In this document: in pieces, positions 32,110-44,308 of the stretch
How positions within the stretch are numbered: the stretch's first letter is position 1
Layout: each line of letters starts with the position of its first letter
NCBI GenBank assembly: GCA_041390945.1
Contig: JAWKOY010000018.1
Location: forward strand, 61,237-125,236
Reading direction: 5' to 3'
DNA from: Chloroflexota bacterium
Lineage (GTDB): Bacteria; Chloroflexota; Anaerolineae; Promineifilales; Promineifilaceae
DNA length: 64,000 nucleotides
Position numbers and translations under genes: made by a program
Notes under the pieces: model-generated
What the model saw: the letters and a program-made list of their open reading frames with translations, nothing else
The model's database searches: none
Told to the model about the DNA's origin: nothing

Positions 32110-34773
32110 TTAGGCCAGTGACTTCAATCGCCCGGTCACTTCGGCATAACTCGCTTCCAGCTTACTGAGTTTGTCGCGTTCTTTCTGGACCACAGCCTCA
32201 GGCGCTTTTTCGGCAAAGGGGCTGTTCAACAAACCCGTCAACCGATTGATTTCCTGTTTGAGATTATCTGCATCTGTCTCTAACCGGCCGCGTTCTGCTC
32301 CCAGATCCACCATGCCCGCCAGTGGCAGGTAACAGGTGATCGGCCCCAGGGCGAGCGTAATCGCCTGTGGTGCCGGTTCGGCCGTTTCCGCAATTGTGAG
32401 CTGATCGCTGTCCAACCGAGCCAGAAAGGCCAGGGCATCTGCCTGCTCTTGCAAGAACGGCGTCTGCTCACCTGCGGCAAGGATGGCCGGGATTCGCTTG
32501 GCCGGTTCCACACCTTGCTCGGCGCGGATATTCCGGATTCGCCGGACCAGTTCTCGCAATTGCTCGAATTCGGCCGCAGCGGCCAGATCGATTTCTGTTG
32601 GCTTGGGCCAATCGGCAATAATCAGAGCTTCCGCCCAACCTTCGGCTGGGCCAATGCCCAGGTCAGCCTCCATAAAAGCCTTGCGAAGCTCCTGCCAGGT
32701 CGCCTCGGTGACGTACGGGATGTACGGATGGAGCAGCCGGAGTGTCTTGTCGAGCACTTCAAGCAGAACGGATAGTGTAGTCCATGCCGTTGCGCCACCC
32801 TTGTTCATCTGGACCTTGGACAGCTCCAGATACCAATCCGCATAGTCACCCCACAGGAAGTCGTACGCCTGACGGCCGGCCTCGCCATATTGGTACCCAT
32901 CCATCAGCCGGTCCACCGTAGCAATGGTTTCGCTGAGCCGGCCAAGTATCCAACGGTCCGCCGCCGTGTAAGCCGGTTCGGCCGGGGCGTCCTCAGCCTT
33001 CACCTTGCTGATGTTGCGTGTGATGAAGCGGGCAGTGTTCCAGATTTTGTTACCGAAGTTGCGGTTACTGGCAACCCGGTCGAGCGATAGATTCAGATCA
33101 TTGCCCGGTGTGCCGCCGGTAAGCAAAGTAAATCGCAAGGCATCGGTGCCGAACTCATCAATGACTTCAGGGATCCTTCACATTCCCCTTGGTCTTGCTC
33201 ATTTTCTGACCGTGCTCGTCACGCACCAGCCCATGTAGATACACGGTTTGGAAGGGAATGTCATTGGTAAACAGCGTCGCCGACATCACCATACGCGCCA
33301 CCCAGAAGAACAGGATATCGTACCCGGTTTCCATGATAGTAGTGGGATAGAAGCGTCGCAGGTCCGGCGTGTCTTCCGGCCAGCCCAATGTTGAGAACGG
33401 CCATAATGCGCTGCTGAACCACGTATCAAGCACATCGGGGTCTTGGTGGATGGCGGTCGAACCACAGGCTTCGCAGCAGTCCGGATCTTCTGTGGTCACT
33501 GTACGATGGCTGCACTCGTTGCAGTACCACACGGGAATTCGATGTCCCCACCAGAGCTGGCGGCTGATGCACCATGGCCGAATATTGACAAGCCAGTTGT
33601 CCCAGACCTTCACGAATTGATCGGGAATAATCTGGATTCGGCCGCTATGAACGGCGGCCAGAGCCATCTCCGCCATCGGTTTGGCATTCACAAACCATTG
33701 CCGACTCACCATTGGCTCAATCACTTCACCACCGCGTTGGCTGCGGGGCACGTTCAACGTGTGCGGCACCGTCTTGATCGTTAATCCGGCGGCTTCCATG
33801 TCCGCCCATAACCGTGCGCGGCACTCAAAGCGATCCAGCCCGGCGTACGGCCCGGCCGCTTCGCTCATGGTGGCGTCCCGGTTCATAATGTTGATGACCG
33901 GCAGATTGTGGCGACGGCCGATCTCAAAGTCGTTGGGGTCGTGCCCCGGCGTCACCTTGAGTGCCCCGGTGCCGAACGCCATGTCCACGTATTCGTCAGC
34001 AATGATCGGAATCTCGCGGTTAAGCATCGGTACCAATGCCATCTGACCAACCAGATGCTGGTAGCGCTCGTCATCAGGATGCACGGCTACGGCCGTATCC
34101 CCAGAATCGTCTCCGGTCGGGTGGTAGCCACAGCCAGAGAGCCACCGCCGACGATGGGATAGTTGAAGTGATACAGTAGTCCTTCTTCTTCGCTGTACTC
34201 CACCTCAAGATCGGAAACGGCCGTTTGCAGCCCCGGTGACCAGTTCACCAGATACTCGTCCTGATAGATGAGTCCGAGGCGGTAATACCGCACAAAAGCC
34301 TCGCGCACGGCGGCCGACAGCCCATCATCCATTGTAAAGCGCTCGCGATCCCAGTCGCAGGACGCGCCAAGCCGTCGCAGTTGCTGTGTGATGTAGCTGC
34401 CGTATTTTTCCTTCCACTCCCATGTGCGGTTCAGGAACTCCTCACGGCCGACTTCGCGGCGGCTGGTTCCTTCGGCGACGAGCATCTTTTCCACCTGCAA
34501 CTGGGTGGCGATGCCGGCATGATCTGTTCCCGGCACCCAGAGGGCGGCATAGCCCTGCATACGCGCGCGCCGGATCATCAGGTCCTCCAGCGAGACAAAG
34601 ATCGCATGTCCCATGTGGAGTTCGCCAGTAATGTTTGGCGGGGGGATGGAGATGACGAACGGTTCCGCATCCAGAGGCCGGGCCTCCGGCTTGAACCAAC
34701 CATTCTCCTCCCACCATGTGTAAAGCCTTTGTTCGGTACTACCGAAGTCATATGCTTTGGGCATCTCGCTCAT
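32110..34773 (-). CDS. valS: valine--tRNA ligase (frameshifts near 34097 and 33180)
   Basis: [50 protein letters not shown]-terminal coiled coil. Confidence 0.97.
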
Positions 34774-34810
34774 AAGACACTTTCCTCTTGCCGATAAATT
34801 CGACCCAACA

Positions 34811-35065
34811 AATAAAAACGCTCTCGCCTTACAAGGACGAGAGCGTCAAGCTCACGCGGTACCACCTTGATTCCGGCTGCATTTTGATTGCAAGCCGACT
34901 CTCAATGCCGCTGTAACGGGCTTACCCGTCCCCGCTTACTTGTATACCCTCAGCGGAGAAACTCATGGGCGACTTCAACCAATCCTACTGCGCAATGGCT
35001 CTCAGCCTCTGACCATTGCTCTCTTGTGGCCGGATTGCAGCTTACTACTCCCAATCAACGTCAAT
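34811..35065 (-). ncRNA. T-box riboswitch with Val (GUC) specifier and terminator
   Basis: Minus strand: AGTA, AGAGAG, GCTGAGA, specifier GAA-GTC (34973-34971), CCGTTA, T-box AAGGTGGTACCGCG (34868-34855), terminator ACGCTCTCG/CGAGAGCGT plus T tract. Confidence 0.93.
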
Positions 35066-35083
35066 GCGTATGTAATTAGGGCA

Positions 35084-35112
35084 AGTATAACAAGCGCCGG
35101 ATCGGCCGTCAA
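35084..35112 (-). promoter_or_regulatory. promoter of T-box-valS
   Basis: TTGACG-N17-TATACT on the minus strand. Confidence 0.8.
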
Positions 35113-35181
35113 CAGTCGGGCGCGGGAGCATGAGCCGGTGACGTAAGACGTTGTATAATCCGCGTCCTGAGGTGAGTTATT

Positions 35182-36774
35182 CTGGATACGAATCAAAATA
35201 GATGGTACCTGTATGTAACGGTCGTCGTCGCGGGGATGAGTACGCTGGCAGTGGAGTTTACGGCCAGTCGAATGCTCCAGACGGTCTATGGCACGTCCAA
35301 TCTGGTCTGGGCCAATGTCATCGGACTGGTTCTGATTGCCCTGTCGGCCGGATATTTCATCGGCGGACGGCTGGCTGACCGGAATCCCCGACCGCAAACG
35401 TTTTACCTGCTGGTCGTGCTGGCCGGTTTCAGCAGCGTCCTTTTTCTTCTGTTAACCAGTGTTGTTTTGCGCCATGCAGCCTCGGCGCTTGCAGCCATTG
35501 AGGTCGGGGCGCTGGCGGCTTCGCTATTACTTGTCATCGGCGCGCTGGTGGTGCCGGTGACGTTGTTAGGGTGCCTCTCGCCGTATGCAGTGCGATTAGC
35601 CATAACCGATGTTTCCCATGCCGGCCGAGTCAGCGGTCAGCTTTACGCTCTCTCGACGCTTGGCAGCCTGCTGGGAACGTACCTCCCGGTGCTGGTGACC
35701 ATTCCCCTGGCCGGGTCTCGCGCCACAGCCATTCTGTTTGGTGTGTTGTTATTACTTGTCGGGCTGATTGGCCTCTGGCTTTCACGAGATAGCGCCGATC
35801 CTCTGTCTACCCGAACACCTCTTGCTGCGCTGATCACCATTCCCCTGCTGATACCTGTTGCTGTCGCGGGATTGCGCGGCGGCCTCAAGGTACAGGAAGG
35901 TCAGATTTTCGAAACGGAGTCTGCCTACAACTACATCCAGGTGATTCATGAGGGCCCGTGTAACTTCCTGTTGTTGAACGAAGGCCAGGCCTATCATTCA
36001 TATTACTGTGGCGGAGAACCCTTGCAGGGTCCAACAGTTTGGAGCATGATGCTGGCTGCGCCATATTTCGAGAGTGATCCCGTGGAGGTTGATCGGGTGG
36101 CTGTGGTGGGGCTGGCGGCGGGGACCATTGCCCAGCATTATATGGATGTGTTCGGGCCGATTCCGATTGACGGCATTGAGCTCGATCCGGAGATTGTTGC
36201 GACGGCTCAGGAATACTTCGGCCTCCGGGGCGACAATATCGATGTGATCGTCGGCGACGGCCGTTACGAACTGGAACAGTTGAGCGGCCCTTACGATGTC
36301 ATTACCCTGGATGCCTACAAGGTTCCCTACATTCCCTGGCATATGACGACCCGCGAGTTCTTCTCCACGGCGGCCGACAAACTTACAGATGACGGGGTAC
36401 TGGCTGTGAATGCGGGACGTGCTCCCGACGACCGGCGGCTGGTTGAAGCGTTGGCCGCAACCATGCAAACTGTCTTCCCGTCCGTTCACGCAATAGACGT
36501 TCCCGGCTCGTTGAATACGATCTTGATTGGCACCAAACGGCCGACCTCATTCGACAATATCGGTCAACATTTGCAGAATCTACCTGCGGATGCGCCGTCC
36601 ATTTTGGTGGAAGCTCTACTGGCTGCCGCCGGTAATCATGCGGCAATTGAAGGCACCGGACCTATCCTGACGGATGATCGCGCACCGGTAGAAACAATCA
36701 GTGATCTCGATTGTTTTACGTTACTTGCTGGATGGGGGCCGAGTGGCCTGCCGACATTGGAGAGCGCACCCTGA
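35182..36774 (+). CDS. fused MFS-like membrane domain / spermidine synthase-like SAM-binding protein
   Basis: GGRLADR, GQLYALSTLGSLLGT, ESAYNYIQV, GLAAG, IELDP, GDGR, DAY; frame open upstream of ATG 35236 to CTG 35182. Confidence 0.85.
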   Translation: MDTNQNRWYLYVTVVVAGMSTLAVEFTASRMLQTVYGTSNLVWANVIGLVLIALSAGYFIGGRLADRNPRPQTFYLLVVLAGFSSVLFLLLTSVVLRHAASALAAIEVGALAASLLLVIGALVVPVTLLGCLSPYAVRLAITDVSHAGRVSGQLYALSTLGSLLGTYLPVLVTIPLAGSRATAILFGVLLLLVGLIGLWLSRDSADPLSTRTPLAALITIPLLIPVAVAGLRGGLKVQEGQIFETESAYNYIQVIHEGPCNFLLLNEGQAYHSYYCGGEPLQGPTVWSMMLAAPYFESDPVEVDRVAVVGLAAGTIAQHYMDVFGPIPIDGIELDPEIVATAQEYFGLRGDNIDVIVGDGRYELEQLSGPYDVITLDAYKVPYIPWHMTTREFFSTAADKLTDDGVLAVNAGRAPDDRRLVEALAATMQTVFPSVHAIDVPGSLNTILIGTKRPTSFDNIGQHLQNLPADAPSILVEALLAAAGNHAAIEGTGPILTDDRAPVETISDLDCFTLLAGWGPSGLPTLESAP

Positions 36775-36798
36775 TTTGACCGGGATTTGAGGAGTATC

Positions 36799-37515
36799 AT
36801 GTCTGATAACAAAGCACTCATTAGCATTATTCGTTGGGCTGTGGTCATTGCCATGCCGTTTCTGCTGGGATTGGGCGTCATTCGATTGGTCATTGCCTGG
36901 GATTACCCGGCGTTCTCCTATGGTCATATTGCGCCTGACCTCTTCGGGTTTACGCCGGAAGAACGCCTCGATCTGGCTCAAAGCACATTGGATTACATGC
37001 GACGACTGGAATCGCCCGAAGATGTGATCTACATTCTGGAAGACCTGCGCCTTCCCGGCACCGATCAACCACTTTACAACGAAAGCGAGATTGATCACAT
37101 GCTTGACGTCAAAAATCTGACGGACAAAATATTGATCATTGTGATCATTACCGGGTTCATTGTGGTTATCGGACTAACGGCCCTAATCGCTAATCCCAAA
37201 ACCCGGGCCATCGGCTGGCAGACAATGATGCAAGCCGGTCTGTTTACGCTTCTGTTGATAGGGCTGATCGCGTTGTTTATTGTGGTAGCCTGGCCGATTT
37301 TCTTTGAAACGTTTCACGAGCTGTTGTTCCCCCCGGGCACGTGGACCTTTTACTATACGGACTCCCTTATCCGCCTTTTCCCGGAGCAGTTCTGGTTTGA
37401 ATTTGGCATGATTACCGTCGGAACGACGTTGTTCCTGGCGGTAATCCTCGCTGCGCTGGGGTACGTGATGTGGAAACGTACAACGTCCGTGAGCATTCCC
37501 ACCCCGGCCACATGA
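36799..37515 (+). CDS. TIGR01906/DUF1461-like integral membrane protein
   Basis: EIDHMLDVK, FFETFHELLFPPGTW.F...DSLIRLFPEQFW; GAGGAG SD. Confidence 0.85.
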   Translation: MSDNKALISIIRWAVVIAMPFLLGLGVIRLVIAWDYPAFSYGHIAPDLFGFTPEERLDLAQSTLDYMRRLESPEDVIYILEDLRLPGTDQPLYNESEIDHMLDVKNLTDKILIIVIITGFIVVIGLTALIANPKTRAIGWQTMMQAGLFTLLLIGLIALFIVVAWPIFFETFHELLFPPGTWTFYYTDSLIRLFPEQFWFEFGMITVGTTLFLAVILAALGYVMWKRTTSVSIPTPAT

Positions 37516-37524
37516 TTGCAGGGA

Positions 37525-38657
37525 TTAGGGTAGGGTAAGAGTGATGAAATTAACCCGGCCGGGGAAGACCCACATTTCCTCGGTTACGGCATCCCGGCCT
37601 GTGCCCACGCTGACCTCATAATAGCCGGCCACCACATCGTCCACAGTGAAATTCTCCCCAAGCTGTAGATCACTATTGACGTCTGATTGAGCGTAGCTGG
37701 CGGAGGCAGTATACGGGGCAGCACCGTCTACACGTCGCAGTATGACCGGAGCCTCATGAGCCGGCTGCCCGTTGGCGAATGTGATCTGGGCGGCAACGAC
37801 CCCCGTGCCCGAAAACGGACGTAACCACAACAGCGGATTTCGTGTAGACAAATAGGCGTTGGCCCCTTCCCTCACCTCAAAATGTAAGTGAGGCCCGTAG
37901 GCTACACCCGAATCCCCTGATAGTCCGATCTGTTCCCCGGCCCTAACCTGCTGGCCGACATCTACCTGCACGTCTGATAAAGGTGGCCGTATACGGTGAA
38001 TAGGGGGAGATTATTGAGGGATGGACTGTGCTCAATGATGACCACATTGCCGTAAAAGTTGGTTTGTGGCCCATAGGCGATAGCGTCATCCGGCCCGGCC
38101 ACTCGCACGATGCCGTCAGCCACAGCCAAAATCGGCGTACCGGTCGGCACAATGAATTCGACGCCATGATGGGGTTGCAATGTGCCGCTCCCGGTGCTGG
38201 CGTACGGATAGGCTTTGTCTGTCCACTGCGGGTAATCGGCCGATACCGGACGGCCGAGAATCAAATGCTCCCCCGGTTCCCGTGGCGGCGGTGCCGGTGG
38301 TGTAAAGGTCGGTGGGGGGATCGTCGGTGTTGAAGTGGTTGTCGGCGTAACTGATGTTGCTGTTGGCGAAGGCACGTCAGTCGGTATTTTCGTCACTGTG
38401 GCAACGGCCGTGGGTATCTGCGGTGGGGGGGCTGGTGTAGGCAAATCATCTACCGAAGTAACAATTGCCGGTGTTGTCGTTGCCACAGGAAGGGCGGAGG
38501 CTGTTATGGCAGGCTGGCTAGTGGCTGTTCCCGCGCTGCTCTCCGACGCAGCCCGGCTCTGCGGCGCGCTGCAACCGGCAAGTGCAATAGCTGACACAGC
38601 CAATCCGATGGTGATCGCCAAAACCCCCGGTCCCGCTGGAAACTGCTTCCCGTTCAA
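37525..38657 (-). CDS. M23-family peptidase lipoprotein with Pro/Thr linker (frameshift near 37972)
   Basis: Lipobox ALAGC, HHGVEF, YGNVVIIEH, YGHL, GPHLHFEVR, NPLLW. Confidence 0.85.
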
Positions 38658-40207
38658 TCAGAACCCGCTTCGCTCTGCCGCAATTAAAGTCGCTTCGGCC
38701 GATAGAGCCGCAGCTTCTTTTTCGAGTTCGCCTAGTTCTGAATACCATGCTTCAACCGGTGACTGGTCAGTTAACGTTGCGGTATTGATTTTGACGTTGA
38801 GCGCGGCGATCTCCACGGCGGCGCGAGCCATAACGGCCGCTGCGGCGGCATCAGAGGTCGCATTGATATTGCCGAACCGGGTAATGTCCCGACCCAGCCG
38901 CCCGGCATCGCGGCTCAGGCGAGCGATGTGTAGGGGGACTTCACAGGCTCCCATGGTAGCTGCATCCAGGGCAATTGCCTTTTCTTCCTTGTCCAGCGAT
39001 TTATCCCGGATGACGGCCATGACCTCGGCAAATGCCACCGCGTCTTCATCAATAGCGGACAGCAAGGCTGATTGAAGCCTGGCCCCTTCTTCCAGTATGC
39101 GTTGAGCATCCTCTTCAACATCGGCATACCGTTTGCGGCCGACTGTTAACCCGGCCACCATTTGGGCCAGGGCTGCCGCCAGTGCCCCGGCGCACGCCCC
39201 AACGGATCCTCCGCCCGGGGCTGGTGTTGGTGGCTACCGCCGCAATGAAGGCTGCCGGGGATACTGTATCGGGAGTTGTTCGATGTGGGTAATCCGGTCT
39301 CGCCAGCCTGTTCTGCAGCGATTTAACCAGCTCTCTGTTCCAGGATTTGCTCATCCCTCCAGGTTCGTAAGCGTAAATACCAGCGGGCACTGTCTGTCAA
39401 TGCCTTATGGGGGACTAACCCAACCAACTCAGCCCTGGTAACGGCCGCGCCTCGCTGCTCCGCTTCACGCTTGACCATTTCCTGGACAACATGAATTGGC
39501 GTCTTTTCGAAGTTTGTCAGGTTCATACTGACCTGCGCCTGCCCCTCAACCAGGAACCCACGAGCCTGTACAAATCGCAAGGCCATTGCTGTATCGAATA
39601 GTCTCGAGCTATTTGCTCAGCAATCTCAACCTGATCGGTGTTTCAGATAGAGATTGTACGCAATAAGAAACGGCCGAGCGCCAATCACCGTGGCTCCCCA
39701 CCGCTTTGCTTCGGCCGGGCCGAAATCAGGAAAACGGTCGGGATTGGTAGCAACTTCAGCCTTCCACTGCTCATATTCGCCCTTGCGGATGGCTGACAGG
39801 GTTACCCGCTCCGGACGCGTGGCGGCTGCGCCATATAGGTAGACGGCAATCCCCAGTCTAGTGCCGACACGTTGGCCCAGGCGGTGAGCCATATCAGCGC
39901 AGTCGATGGTGACGCCTCGAATGGGGTCGAACGGGCAAACGTCCGTTGCCCCAATTCGCGGATGCTCACCCTGATGGGTATCCAGATTAATCAAGCGGGC
40001 TGCTTCGGCAATCGCCTGGAATGCGGCTTCCTCAACTTCGGCCGGGCTGCCCACGAACGTGATCACTGTACGGTTGTGATCATAATCGGCGCTAACGTCG
40101 AGCACCTGAACGCCGTTCACGCTACGAATGGCGTCGGCGATCGCGTTATAGACGTCCGGGTCTCGGCCGTTACTGAAGTTGGGTACACATTCAACAAGTG
40201 GTTGCAT
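38658..40207 (-). CDS. ftcD: glutamate formimidoyltransferase / formimidoyltetrahydrofolate cyclodeaminase (frameshifted)
   Basis: LVECVPNFS, DHNRTVIT, HPRIGATDVCPF, GARPFLIAYN, QVSMNLTN, then cyclodeaminase GNINATSD...ALNVKIN. Confidence 0.9.
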
Positions 40208-40253
40208 GGAAAATCTCCTTCAACGAATGGGAAAGTGGAAAACGATGGTTTTA

Positions 40254-42036
40254 TCACGATTGACAGCTATGGGCTACCGGTCTCATCTGTTGCTGGTTCA
40301 TGTGGCGAAGACGATCCCGCAGTCGTTTCCAGTATGTTTCGGTGGAGTTGGCAGTATCAGAATCTACTTCGGTAGGACTGTATCGCGCCTCAATAAAAGC
40401 ATCCGTCAAGTCATCAACATCCGATTCTGGTCTCAGGCCAATGTTGCTTGAGATCGTCGGCATATTCAGAGGGCGTTTCGCCGGAGGCGCGGGTACCCCT
40501 TGCTCTCCGGCACGCTTTACGGTCGAGATAGAAATAGAGAATCTGCTCGCGTGGCGAGAGACCGTTTATGCGTATATAGTGCCACCGTCCGGTGTCCGGT
40601 AGTTGGAACTTATCCAGGTCAGGTTGATGGTGCGTAACCGATCCGGCACGGCCTGGGCGGCACGACGCAGGCGGCCGCGCAATTGTGCCCACCAAAGCAG
40701 GATCCAGGCTTTGGATTTGCTTAACGTGTCGCGGACAGCGTCCAACTCACCGAATAACCGCGCTCGCGGGCGACAAATACTACCGCGCCACGATAACGGC
40801 CGCCAGGATAGCCCAAAAGGCTGAGCTTAAGACGAGGCTCAAGATCGGGCTTGGTGCGCCCGTTTGTGGAGGGAGAGCTATGGTGGCGGTTGGAACGGCT
40901 GGATAGGCTCTACCGGTTGTTCCTCAACCACGCTTCACAGCCACCAGCATGCTGGCAAACAGATAGGTGATGGCGATGATGAGGTTTATCAGGTAGAGAA
41001 ACCCCGGAGTATCAGACTTAATATGCGGCTGATAGGTACGTGTTGCTGATGGGCAGGAAAGCAGCGACGGCCGCCGCCACCAGCAATATCCACACCAGAC
41101 TGGTCCGGGTTGCCAGCTACGCTCCAGACCGTCATCCATAGCAACACCGTCCATCAGCCAGCGTATTGAGCTGTAGTAACCGAGCGTGGCTTAATAGCCA
41201 GACGCCGTGAGGAAGTAGAGAAGCAGAACGACCAGCATCACCGGTTCCAGTCCCAACCGCGTTATGGCTAGCGGATTGAGACACTCGCAAATTCTCCTCA
41301 CTTCAAATGTGCTGAATGCTGCCAGGACGGCGAGGACCATGCCCCCGCCAAGAAAATAGTGGAGGCATGTATCCCGTGGCGGGCTTGTCGGAGACTCGGA
41401 TGGGCTGATCATCAGCCATGATTTTGAGCTGCCACCGGCAGGGGTGTAAAATGCAACTCTTCCGGGCTGACATCCAGGGAGTGAAATAGTTGACTGGTAC
41501 TGCTGGCAATCCACCAAGCGACGAGGGCGATCACGGCCGTTGACAGAAAGCCGCCGGACAGGAAAAACTCCAGAGGCTGCTGGAGAAAGAGGCGTAGTTC
41601 TGCGATAGATGGGATTACATCGGTAAACAGGAACCAGCTAACGACACGCGACAGGGCGATGATGATAATGATTTCCGAGACGCGGTAAATGGTCTGGTCA
41701 ACTGAGCGGCTTTGGGGATCGCCTAAATATGTGGATGAACATGCACCCATTAGTGCAATCAGGAAGAGAAAGGAATCAACCAGTACCATGACACTCTGGC
41801 GTGACGATTTTGATAACGACCAGCAGGGATGTGGCGAAGGCGCTCGCCATGATGGCGATCAACGCCGGCTGGATATAGCGCCGGACAACCGGATCAAGCG
41901 CGAATGTGAGACGTGCATCCTCATCCGACTGCCTGTGAAGGTGCTCGGCTTTGATATAGGCTTCGCGCAATTTTCCGGATCGCCTCGAAAACGTTGCATA
42001 CTCTACTGGCTGGGCACCGACTGGATTGCCCGCCAT
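40254..42036 (-). CDS. DUF4129-domain membrane protein (heavily frameshifted)
   Basis: Many TM fragments; C-terminal LSPREQI..Y, ETPSEY, LTDAFIEARYS. Confidence 0.7.
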
Positions 42037-43272
42037 TGATCAAGGCCGGATCTACGCTTACGTTGGAAAGCCGGGAACCCCAATCGCCGGTGCCTGCTCG
42101 CGCAATCGCCCAAAAATTACGATCCGGTTCGACAACGAGCAGAACCGGATTGTAGCCGGCCCGTGCCAGACGATGCATGGTGTTACAGGTTTCTGTGTCA
42201 CCCCTGGCTGAAATAGCCAGTATGGTTACACCCCAGCTCAGGTCCAGTATACACCGGCGCCCATTGAGCGAACGGCACCGTGTTAGTCGATTCGATGCGA
42301 GCCAGTTGCTCCAGCACTTTCATGAGTTGAGGGCGACCGGAATGGGGGTGAATGGACGAGGCCATATACTTCAGCGATTCCTCATCACTGCTTTGCAGGA
42401 AAAGAAGCCGGCCGGTCACCTCATCGTATTCGCGTTGATCTTCCTGCATACGCAGCGGATCAACGCCGTTGCTGATTAATCCAACAGGCTGGCGCTGCTG
42501 AACCAGGTACGACGCCAGCGAAGCGGCAACGACAATGGCCCACCTCGGTAGAGAATCGGCGATCGCGGTGCTCGTAATCCCCCTGGTGCAAATTGAGCAG
42601 CACGATTGTTTCCAGTGAAGATGGCTGAAAAGTACGAACCAGAAGCTGGCGGTGGTGGGCAGGCTTCCAGCTGATCTGGCGCAAGGGATCGCCTGAACGA
42701 AAGGCACGGGCACCCATCGGTCGGGCGGGATCCTCGAATAACCGCTGGCGACTGGCAATTGTGCCGAAGGGTAGCCGACGGCAGACCCAAATGAGAGAGG
42801 GTTACGATGCGCGGGTAGACAGTCAGGTGATCAGGTGGCAGGTAGCCCAATTGTTGCTTGGCTAACCCGAAAACGTCACCGCTGATCATTCTTAACGGCC
42901 CCAGCTGGTAATAGCCACGTTGCTGGGCGCGAACACGGTAGCTGAATGTTTCTGTGGATTTTCCACCAACGACACGACCCGTTGTGTTTGTTCCTCCATG
43001 CGCAGTTCCGGGGGCACACTTCGCTCAGTTGAACCCAGGGATTGGAGAAATCTGCCGTTGTTTTGCACGGTTAGTGTGTGACCGGGACCGTCTTCCGAGA
43101 AAGGCGCGGGGCGTAACTTCGCCGACAACCAGCCCCTTGACAACCTGATGCGTACAGTCTGCTCCAGAGGTAAATGCCGATGGTAACGTACAGAACATAG
43201 ACAACGAAGTCAACGCGCAGGAGCAGGGCCACTGCCGTTAATAACAGGAGGGAGCCACAGATACTGCGACAT
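42003..43272 (-). CDS. DUF58-domain protein (heavily frameshifted)
   Basis: [44 protein letters not shown]; follows MoxR. Confidence 0.8.
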
Positions 43273-44212
43273 TAATCAAGCTCTCCGATATCGAGTTTTG
43301 CCTCGCGCAGGATTGTCGCCAGAATGTCATTAACGGTGACGCCACGTAACGCACTTTCAGGGTGAAGCAGACATCTGTGTGCCAGAACGAAGGAGCCAGA
43401 TGCTTGACGTCATCCGGCACCACATAGTCCCGGCCGTGAATGGCGGCGTATGCCTGTGAGGAACGATAAAGCGCCAGACTGCCGCGCGGGCTGGCCCCCA
43501 GAATCAAATCCGGGTGAGTGCGCGTGGCAAAAACCAGCCCTACAATGTAATCTCGCAGCGTCTCATCTAAGCATGGATGTCCCAGATACGAGGTAGCAGG
43601 TCGAGTAATTCCGCGCTATTCGCAACGGCTTGAAGTTGTTCAACCGGATGATTTGCCGCCCAGGTTGAGTAACATCTGGCTCTCGGATTTCTCGTCCAGA
43701 TATCCCAGCGACAGCTTCATGAAGAAGCGGTCCAGCTGCGCTTCCGGCAAGGGGAAAGTTTCATACTCCACCGGTTTTGAGTCGCTAGGACAAAACGGCC
43801 GTTCCAGCGGTCTGGTGATCCCGTCAGATGACCTGTCGTTCGCCCATCGCTTCCAGCAGGGCCGATTGGGTTCGGGGCGTGGCCCGGCGTTGATCTCGTC
43901 GGCCAGAGGATATTGGTGAATGCTGGGCCAAATTAAAGGTAAACGACTGGGCTGCTTGATCAAAATGGATACCCCCTGCTGCATCGCTAGGGCAGCAAAT
44001 CGGGTACACTCAGCCGCTTGAAATCCAGCCCCAGACTGACTGCCAGTGAGCGGGCCAGTATCGTCTTGCCGGTGCCCGGTAACGTCCTCCATCAACACAT
44101 GACCTTCACACAAAACTGCGACAAGTAGTAGCTCCAATACATCCCGTTTGCCGATAATAACGTGTTCCACGTTATCCATAATTTGCCCGGCAAATTGCTG
44201 TACATTGGTCAT
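43272..44212 (-). CDS. MoxR-family AAA+ ATPase (frameshifted)
   Basis: [60 protein letters not shown]. Confidence 0.9.
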
Positions 44213-44308
44213 AGCGTCATCCTCTTTGCGGCCGTATTATCGTTATCTTACCATACCCGTGGGTCCGGTTGAAATGCCGGTCACGACTATCTGTGTACAA
44301 TTACCGGC

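Noticed and set aside
3593-34773. Split sucC, ftsH, lysA and valS as pseudogenes or programmed frameshifts
   Set aside because: They include essential genes, motifs are intact on both sides of the breaks, and no consistent slippery site is visible. Sequencing error is simpler.
38335-39075. Long antisense ORFs in the ORF track (for example 38335-39075, 54923-55447, 61308-61805)
   Set aside because: They are shadows of well-supported opposite-strand genes in GC-rich DNA and show no family motifs.
40254-44212. MoxR-DUF58-DUF4129 as a novel system
   Set aside because: A common, known gene triad; nothing unusual is discernible through the indel noise.
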